Below, one piece after another: positions 56,394 to 64,000 of a stretch of DNA of 64,000 bases; the first letter of the stretch is position 1; the number at the start of each line of letters is the position of its first letter. The notes under the pieces are model-generated. The model was given only the letters and a program-made list of their open reading frames with translations. It was not told the DNA's origin and made no database searches. Source of the DNA: Rhynchopus sp. YZ270_cl-10 (lineage: Eukaryota); contig OZ037836.1 of NCBI GenBank assembly GCA_964035575.1, forward strand, positions 186,001 through 250,000, written 5' to 3'. A program made the translations under genes and the position numbers.

Positions 56394-59375
56394 TCACAGC
56401 AGCGCATGCTCGTCCTCTTCCGCTGCCTGCAACTCCTTGTCTCCTCCAAAATCATAGAGTGCCGTGTCATCGAAGGTCATTGGAATTTCAGGTGCGCGCA
56501 CTTCAGCAAACTTGCTGGACTCGCTCACATGGTGTCTGTACCACAGGCCGCCCCCAACAGCCGCACACAAACACAGCACACCACCCACAACACCCACAAT
56601 CAGACCAACGGCAGACCCACCCCCGTCGCTCTCGGCGTCCAACTCCTCCCCAGCACCGGCAGCGCTACCAGACATCGACCCTGCAGGTGGCGACGTGTCC
56701 GGCACTGTCGTTGGTTGCGCTGTCGGGGCAGCTGTGTCGCCTGAAGTGTTGGCGGCACCTACGGCAGGTCTGTCAGTATCGTTGAGCATTGCATCACCTG
56801 GCGTGGCGGTCAGCACTGCTGATGGTACTGCTGTGAATGGCACCTGTGTGTCAGGTGAGAGTGTCTTACCAGGAGGAAGTTGTGTCTCAGGTGCGTCTGT
56901 TGTGTTGTCAGGAAGCTGTGACTCAGGTGCGCGTGTTGTTCCAACAGGAAGCTGTGTTTCAGGTAAGTCCGTTGTGCCAACAGGAAGTTGCGTAGGTGAG
57001 TCTGTTGTGTAGACAGGAAGCTGTGTCTCAGGCACGTCTGTCGTGTAGTGACTGCCACACTGCGCAGGTCCCATGATCCCGTTCACACCCGTCTCAGGAG
57101 CCACGCAGAGGCACACCCAGGTGTTGTCCTGTACCACGTCCGTGTCAATGCACGTCTGCCCCACATCCGTGCACACAGCTGCAATCTCCGGCTTCGCACA
57201 CTCCCCAACAAAGACACACTGCGCCGGCTTCATGACAGCACTTCCAACTGCATGTATCGCGCATCTGCACATCCAGTCGTCTCTCGATTCTGCTGTTGTG
57301 TCAGGGTCGAAGCACGTCTGCCCGTGGTCGTGGCACAGTTGCATGTGTGCGTACGTCAGACACTCGTTGATCTTGCACACTGCTGCATGGCCAATGGCCG
57401 ACCCCAGGGATGGGGACACGCAGTGGCACTCCCAGTCGTTCAGGCTTGTGTCGCCTGGGTGCAGGTCCACGCACTCCTGTCCCTTGTCTCTGCACGTCTG
57501 CAGGTTCTGTATGTCGAGACACTCGTCCTGCGCGTCGATCACGCACTGTGCAGGGGCACGCTCCCCCGCAGTCCCATGGTACGGTGGCATGCACGCACAT
57601 GTGAAGTCGTCTGCCGAGTCACCTGAGATGCAGCGCTGGCCCGCATCCGCACACACATTAAAGTTCATAGCAACCTTGCACGCTCCTATGTACGTGCACG
57701 ACGCAGGTCCGCCATAACTGACCCCCACCGCAGGTGCCGGGCAGTTGCACGTCCAGTCGCCCAGACTCGCCGGGGCCGTGTTATGGTCAATGCACAACTG
57801 TCCCGCCACCGTGCACTTCCCGCCGTACACGTTGCACTCGTCCAGCAGACAAGACGCAGGTCCAACCACAGCCTTCCCAGACGCAGGCGCAATGCACTGG
57901 CACACCCAGTCTCCGCTTTTCTCGACACGCATGTCCGGGTCGACGCACTCTTGGCCCATCCCCTCACACGTCACTCCGTTCAGCAAGCACTCGTCAAAGC
58001 TGCAGTCTGCAGCCCCGAGCATCTTGCTCCCCGTCGAGGGTGCGTAGCACGTACACATCCAGTCCCCAAGTGAGTCCTCGGCCGTGTTCTTATCTGTGCA
58101 CGTCTGCTCCGCAGCTGTGCACACCTTTGCCTTCGGGTCTGTGTCACACTCGTTCACAGTGCACACCGCCACTGCCGCCACCGCCGACGCGTCTGACACA
58201 GCACACTTGCAGCGCCAGTCCCGCGTCCCGGTCACAGGGTTCGTGCTCCCCTCCGTACACGTCTGACCCGCCTTTGTGCACACGTTCCCGGCACCGTGGT
58301 CAGCACACGTCGCACACATCGCCGTGCACTCGTCGAGGATGCACACTGTTGCCGCCCCAACCTTCGTAAGCCCTGTCTGTGGCGCAATGCACGCACACGA
58401 GCCGGCGTCCTGAATGTTTGCCGCAGGGATGCACGCCTGTCCCTGCGACGTGCACATGTCCCCGTGCTGCACGCACCACGAGACCGGCGCCACACACGTT
58501 GCAGCCTGCCCTGTCGCTACGTTCGGAACATCACCCTTCGCGCACGAGCACGTCCAGTCCCCAGTGCTGCGTGTGTCCGTGTTCGGGTCCTGGCACGTCT
58601 GTCCTGCCGACGTGCACACCACAGCCACGTCCGACTCCAGGCATTCGTCGCGCACGCACGTCGCCAGCTTCCCCGTCCCCCGCCCGATGGTCGGTGGCGG
58701 GCACACGCACTCCCAGTCGTCCAGGCCCCCTATGACTGCCTTGTTCGGGTCGTTGCACGTCTGCGCAGACGCATCGCACAGCTTTGCCAGGCGCCCGTTG
58801 TTCATCTTGCACTCGTCCAGCGTGCACACGGCCACAGACGCCACAGACTCCCCAACTGCGTCCCCAACACACTTGCACATCCAGTCCTCAAGGTTTGCAG
58901 GCGACGTCGACGACTCCACGCAGTGCTGCCCGGCCACATCGCACAGGTTCCCGAGCCCCTTGTCCGCACACGTCGGGCACTGCGCTGTGCACTCGTCGAG
59001 GATACACACCGCGGGCTGGTTGTCGCCAGGGGTGCCGACAGCAGGGGCCAGGCAGGCGCACTGGAAAAGGCCGTCAAGCGGAGTGGATTCGATGCAGCTT
59101 TGCCCGGCTCCGTTGCAGATGTCCCCGTTGGTTTCGCAGTCGCCAGGAGGGTACTTGCACACAGCAGGCTGCATGGTCGTGGGTGCGCCTGTGGCAGGGG
59201 GGACGCAGAGGCACAGCCATGTGTTAAGTATGTCGACGTCGCGGTCACTGCATATTTGGGCTGCGTCCGTGCAGATGTAGCCGTGCACCAGACACTCATC
59301 CTCATCAGCACCCTGTACGCACACAGCAGCCGCAGCCAGGGTCACGACAAGGAGTGTTAGCCCTTTTTGAGTCAT
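56394..59375 (-). CDS. Surface gene D: EGF-like repeat type I membrane protein with an intronless CDS (993 aa)
   Basis: Signal peptide MTQKGLTLLVVTLAAAAVCVQG; blocks shared with genes A and C; distinct TM/tail AVGLIVGVVGGVLCLCAAVGGGLWY. Confidence 0.9.
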   Translation of the reverse strand: MTQKGLTLLVVTLAAAAVCVQGADEDECLVHGYICTDAAQICSDRDVDILNTWLCLCVPPATGAPTTMQPAVCKYPPGDCETNGDICNGAGQSCIESTPLDGLFQCACLAPAVGTPGDNQPAVCILDECTAQCPTCADKGLGNLCDVAGQHCVESSTSPANLEDWMCKCVGDAVGESVASVAVCTLDECKMNNGRLAKLCDASAQTCNDPNKAVIGGLDDWECVCPPPTIGRGTGKLATCVRDECLESDVAVVCTSAGQTCQDPNTDTRSTGDWTCSCAKGDVPNVATGQAATCVAPVSWCVQHGDMCTSQGQACIPAANIQDAGSCACIAPQTGLTKVGAATVCILDECTAMCATCADHGAGNVCTKAGQTCTEGSTNPVTGTRDWRCKCAVSDASAVAAVAVCTVNECDTDPKAKVCTAAEQTCTDKNTAEDSLGDWMCTCYAPSTGSKMLGAADCSFDECLLNGVTCEGMGQECVDPDMRVEKSGDWVCQCIAPASGKAVVGPASCLLDECNVYGGKCTVAGQLCIDHNTAPASLGDWTCNCPAPAVGVSYGGPASCTYIGACKVAMNFNVCADAGQRCISGDSADDFTCACMPPYHGTAGERAPAQCVIDAQDECLDIQNLQTCRDKGQECVDLHPGDTSLNDWECHCVSPSLGSAIGHAAVCKINECLTYAHMQLCHDHGQTCFDPDTTAESRDDWMCRCAIHAVGSAVMKPAQCVFVGECAKPEIAAVCTDVGQTCIDTDVVQDNTWVCLCVAPETGVNGIMGPAQCGSHYTTDVPETQLPVYTTDSPTQLPVGTTDLPETQLPVGTTRAPESQLPDNTTDAPETQLPPGKTLSPDTQVPFTAVPSAVLTATPGDAMLNDTDRPAVGAANTSGDTAAPTAQPTTVPDTSPPAGSMSGSAAGAGEELDAESDGGGSAVGLIVGVVGGVLCLCAAVGGGLWYRHHVSESSKFAEVRAPEIPMTFDDTALYDFGGDKELQAAEEDEHALL

Positions 59376-60477
59376 TTTTTAAACTATAAAAAATGCACCC
59401 CTGAGCCTTCGAGGCCCGTAAGGTCCCCCCTTCTTTATTTGTTGTTTGTTGATCGCATCTGTACGTGGAGGTGGAGGTGGAGGTGGTGTGGGATCTCTTT
59501 TGACGTCCTGAGAAATAAAGAGCTGAAAGCGCAAATGCCTCACCGCTGAAGAAAGGGGAAGGGGACGGCAAGTCTGCAGGAGGAGGGACAATAGGTTAAA
59601 GATGGAACTAAGACGCTGACCAAAGCTACGATGTTTGTATTTTGTTCTCTTTTACGCAGGGTTGCGGGAAATGCTGATGGATGATAAACACGAAGACCAG
59701 AACTGAAAAAGAAAACAAACAACACAAGAGACCAGAGAGCTGCTCTCTCGGTGACACGCTGTGGGAGCAGAGTGGGAGAGAACAGGTTGGTGGTGTGACG
59801 AGGTGTGGCACAGTTTACGGACACTGCGATTGCAGTGCTTCGTGGTCGCGAAGGGTGTGCATCCTTAGTATACGGTCACAAGGGAGTATAAGGGCACACA
59901 CACACACTCACACGGGTGCACGCACACAACACACACCTGTATCGTGCATTTGTACAAATGAACAACAAAAGCTCTCTGCACAATCTGAACATACACGTTT
60001 CTTCGTAAAAAGGAAGCCACTATAAAATGGAACAGGAGGGTGAAATAAAAGAGTGGTTGAAACGCTGCTAAAACGAAGCATAATAACTCACATTGTCTTT
60101 CCTTACTTCAAAAACTGAGAGAAAAATTGTGGGTTTTTCAAAAAAGCTGAACGGAGAGTTAAAAAAGGAGAACACCAGCAAAAAACGTTGTGTGAAAACG
60201 TTTTTTCCTGTCAAGTGTTTTTGTGTGTTGGCGGAGAAGAAAACAGTTTCCGATAAAAGGCTCCTGCGTCGGTTTTCTATTTCACAATACTTAGTTCGTC
60301 ATTTTCTCGTCTTTTTTATTTTGGGAAAAAGTAGACAAAACACTACAGGTGTCAATAGCTTTGCGTTCCCACTATTTTATGTTTGTTCTTTATAACCTGT
60401 TATGCACCTTCCGTAACTATTAACTTTGGGGGGAAAGAAACATACTCTGCTTTCTTTTTCGTGTGAAACAATAGCTT

Positions 60478-61419
60478 ATAATTACCGTTAAATTATATCC
60501 CCACAATTTAACGCAGTGAGTTGTGGGTCACGAGTGTACTAATCCCACGAGCGCAGCGAGTGGGATTCGTGAACGAGTGACCCACAACTCACTAAGTTAA
60601 ATTGCCGGGATATAATTTAACAATAATTAGTAGTTTTCATTAACGTGCAATTATAAACGAGTCACAAAATCCTATTACAGCCGTAAAATCTGAAATCCTC
60701 TATGAACAACCTGTGTGGTGGCGGCAGGTACGTACACAGGTACACAAGTAAGTCGTGAAAGGGCAACCACAGCCAACCCGCCAGTCACTGAAAAGTGACC
60801 AGGCAGTCCACTTGACAAACACAAAAGTGTCCAGTCACGTGACATTCATGCACTGAGGAGATAATGATCAACAATTTACAAGAAAGCATTACTTAACCTA
60901 CTGCTGGAAATTGCCAGGTACGTAACACACAAAGTGTGCCCCCGCTCGGGAATCTCGAATTACAGCGACCAAAAGGCCTCATTCGCTAGTCATCGTATAA
61001 CCCTTCGCCAGGTGAAAGGCCCATGACCCTCGCGGAGAAATTAAATGTTGTAATGCTTTCAAGTACAAACTGCGACCACTGTCTTACCCTCCTCAATGCA
61101 TGGTGGAAGATGTCTTTGACAAATTTGCGATCACTTTTTGGGCTATTTTGCCCAAAATAACCCCGTGACTCACTTTTGCCTCACTTGTCCCAAAATGGCC
61201 CAAAATACCCTATTTTTTGTGATTTTTCTGTGTGGATTCTCCTGTTTCTTTGAGCGTGTAATTATAATTTTACAATTTCACGGTCACTTTTTACACGCAT
61301 TTTTACAGGTAAACATAGTTTCACGGTAAAAATAACTTCACGGTAACCGTTAAATTGTGGTTTTCGAATTTCACGGCTTGTAATAGGATTTTGTGAAGAG
61401 TTTATAATTGCACGTTAAT
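60478..61419. mobile_element. Unclassified non-coding element: ~150-nt palindrome followed by a ~780-bp segment bounded by ~55-bp inverted repeats
   Basis: Hairpin 60478-60628 with loop GAGCGCAGCGA. ATTAACGTGCAATTATAAAC..CACAAAATCCTATTACA (60639-) is mirrored ending at 61419. Confidence 0.65.
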
Positions 61420-62717
61420 AAAATATTATTTAGTTAGAACATAACATTGTTGTTTGTTTTGGTTTTGATTTGGAAACGTGATTATTAGTGCCCGAGCTCC
61501 ACGAGAGCGCACATGTATGTACATATCTCTGAAGAGGGGTATCGTGTCACCAACAAAGTCGCACGAAGGACCAAGGGGACGGGGAAAGTCGGGAAAATGG
61601 GATAGCTTCGCTTTAAGCGTTGAGCGTCGAAATCATACACAGCCACACCCCGCTGCAGTTAGGAGTGGGATTGTACTACCGCAGGACCTATGGGAAATGA
61701 CAAGGGGGTATGGGTAGTTACATGACAAGACTAAATAATGACTAGACCCCTGTCAAATGACAATGTGCACCCCTGTACTAACCGCCAAAGCCCAAAGTGG
61801 GGGGGGGGAAAGTGTACAGACGCGTGTGGAAGAAAAAAGAAGACCTTGAATGTTGTTGGCTGAAAATCAAACCCTTCCCACAGCGCTATGTTCGGCCTAA
61901 GAGAAAATGTTATGTAGGCAAAATCACTGTACACCATGGACTGCAGTACTGGCCTCGGGTCTCGAAGCCTGTTGCATACTATTCTTATGGATGCGTTCTT
62001 TCGCTGTTGTTCAGCATCAGTCCCCTTGCCACCGTCCCTGCTTTTGGCCAAGGTGTGCTATTTGCTCCGGATGCATTGACTCCCACTTCGCGAGACACAC
62101 ACGCACGAAGCGTCTCCGTACACACGACACCCGCGCATGTCACTACCTTTGTGCAGTAGCAGAACACAGGCAGGTGGGTGGTAGGGGGTCCACACGACGC
62201 AGGTTCAGGGCACAAAGGCCCTGCGCAATTGGAACGTGCTGACCTGGCCAGAAGAGGGAACGGTGGCTTTGGGATGGGGAAATATGCTGTGCTAGTTTCT
62301 CAAAAAAGGGGTGGGGGGGAACCCAGGGGGGGATGGGGAAATAAAAGAAGTTGCAGTAAGACAATAAAGCCTTATGTGTCAGGTCGTCGTGCTGTGTGCT
62401 ATAAAACGAAACCAAGGCATTAATGTCTGTGTTCTGCAGAAAGGGGTTGGATGGAAAAGGTGTTCTGTGCTTTACAAAAGGGGGAACAAAAAGAAAGGTT
62501 GGCAAGATGACACAGCTTCTACGGTGCTGAGTCACCTTGAATAAAACAAACAAACAAAAGAATGTTTTATTCTCGAAATGTTGAACACATGATGTATTCT
62601 GATTCTGAAAAAAAGCGCAAAATCGGTGTCGTTTGTTTCATTGTATTTTAAGAATACATTTGAAACGTGTTGCCACGGGTTCTTTCAACGTTTCGCAGTT
62701 TTCCTTCGCCCATGTGC

Positions 62718-64000
62718 TCAGGACATAGTATCGTCTTCGACAACAAGCTCCTCAACGTCGTCCATGTCCTTCATCGCTTCTGCGTCAAGCATGTTAGCTT
62801 CCATAGTATACACGTCCTCGCCCTGTTTAGCCTTGGCACGTCCCTTGGACACCCACAGCCACGCTCCGCCAACACCCGCAAGCAGCACCAGTGCAGAGCC
62901 CACTATGACAGGGATCAGCCACACCAGCGAGCTGCTGCTGCCCGAGTCCGAAGAAGACGCGTCTGCCTCCCCAGCACCGCCATTGTTTGCAGGCACGTAT
63001 GTTACGCCGTCAGGAAGCTGTGTCTCAGGTACGTGTGTTACGCCGTCAGGAAGCTGTGTCTCAGGTACGTGTGTTACGCCGTCAGGAAGCTGTGTCTCAG
63101 GTACGTGTGTTACGCCGTCAGGAAGCTGTGTCTCAGGGGCGAATGTTGTACCAACAGGAAGTTGTGTTTCAGGTAAGTCCGTTGTGTTTTCAGGAAGTTG
63201 TATCTCAGGTACGTCCGTTTTGTCGACAGGAATCTGTGTCTCAGGTACGTCTGTCGTGTTTTCAGAAATTTGTGTCTCAGGAACGTCTGTTGTGTTTTCA
63301 GGAAGCTGTGTCTCAGGTGCGTCTGTTGTACCAACAGGGAGTTGTGTCTCAGGTGCATCTGTCGTGTTGTCAGGAAGTTGTGTCTCAGGTACGTCTGTTG
63401 TGAAGACAGGAAGCTGTGTCTCAGGCACGTCTGTCGTGTAGTGACTGCCACACTGCGCAGGTCCCATGATCCCGTTCACACCCGTCTCAGGAGCCACGCA
63501 GAGGCACACCCAGGTGTTGTCCTGTACCACGTCCGTGTCAATGCACGTCTGCCCCACATCCGTGCACACAGCTGCAATCTCCGGCTTCGCACACTCCCCA
63601 ACAAAGACACACTGCGCCGGCTTCATGACAGCACTTCCAACTGCCTGGATCGCGCATCTGCACATCCAGTCGTCTGTCGACTCTGTTGTTGTGTCAGGGT
63701 CGAAGCACGTCTGCCCGTGGTCGTGGCACAGCTGCATGTGTGCGTACGTCAGACACTCGTTGATCTTGCACACTGCTGCATGGCCAATGGCCGACCCCAG
63801 GGCTGGGGACACGCAGTGGCACTCCCAGTCGTTCAGGCTTGTGTCGCCTGGGTGCAGGTCCACGCACTCCTGTCCCTTGTCTCTGCACGTCTGCAGGTTC
63901 TGTGTGTCGAGACACTCGTCCTGCACACACACTGCACGCTCCTGCAGGCCAGAACCAAGGGCAGGGGAAATGCAGTCGCACCGCCAGTCCCCAAGATCCA
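62718..64000 (-). CDS. Surface gene E, last exon (5' part outside the window); duplicate of the gene C 3' end
   Basis: Translation matches gene C exon 3 at an offset of 10940 bp. Confidence 0.88.
   Translation of the reverse strand, partial: DLGDWRCDCISPALGSGLQERAVCVQDECLDTQNLQTCRDKGQECVDLHPGDTSLNDWECHCVSPALGSAIGHAAVCKINECLTYAHMQLCHDHGQTCFDPDTTTESTDDWMCRCAIQAVGSAVMKPAQCVFVGECAKPEIAAVCTDVGQTCIDTDVVQDNTWVCLCVAPETGVNGIMGPAQCGSHYTTDVPETQLPVFTTDVPETQLPDNTTDAPETQLPVGTTDAPETQLPENTTDVPETQISENTTDVPETQIPVDKTDVPEIQLPENTTDLPETQLPVGTTFAPETQLPDGVTHVPETQLPDGVTHVPETQLPDGVTHVPETQLPDGVTYVPANNGGAGEADASSSDSGSSSSLVWLIPVIVGSALVLLAGVGGAWLWVSKGRAKAKQGEDVYTMEANMLDAEAMKDMDDVEELVVEDDTMS

Noticed and set aside
4401..59360. 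Many long plus-strand ORFs overlapping the cyclase and surface genes
   Set aside because: They are antisense shadows of biased-codon or repetitive minus-strand CDSs, with no independent protein motifs.

Overview
Eukaryotic, protist-like DNA. It has GT-AG introns, a trypanosomatid-style adenylate cyclase domain, Cys-rich/TPAP surface proteins and all host genes on the minus strand; a euglenozoan such as a diplonemid is my inference, not shown. Left to right: (1) a secreted/surface protein with a TPSP mucin tract running off the left edge. (2) A tandem array of six ~6-TM class III nucleotide-cyclase genes. Only one keeps the catalytic residues; five are near-identical pseudo-cyclases with variable membrane modules, and two of these are fused by a deletion. 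(3) An SLC49/FLVCR-like MFS transporter. (4) A transposon cluster: a complete hAT element with a spliced BED-finger exon, TIRs and a perfect 8-bp TSD, plus non-autonomous hAT-like elements, one carrying a 5'-truncated RNase H LINE. (5) A tandem family of five type I membrane proteins with EGF-like repeats and a mucin stalk, built as mosaics of shared blocks; one has 16 Calx-beta-like repeats and a fibronectin type II domain. All alignments were read by eye; no database searches were run.
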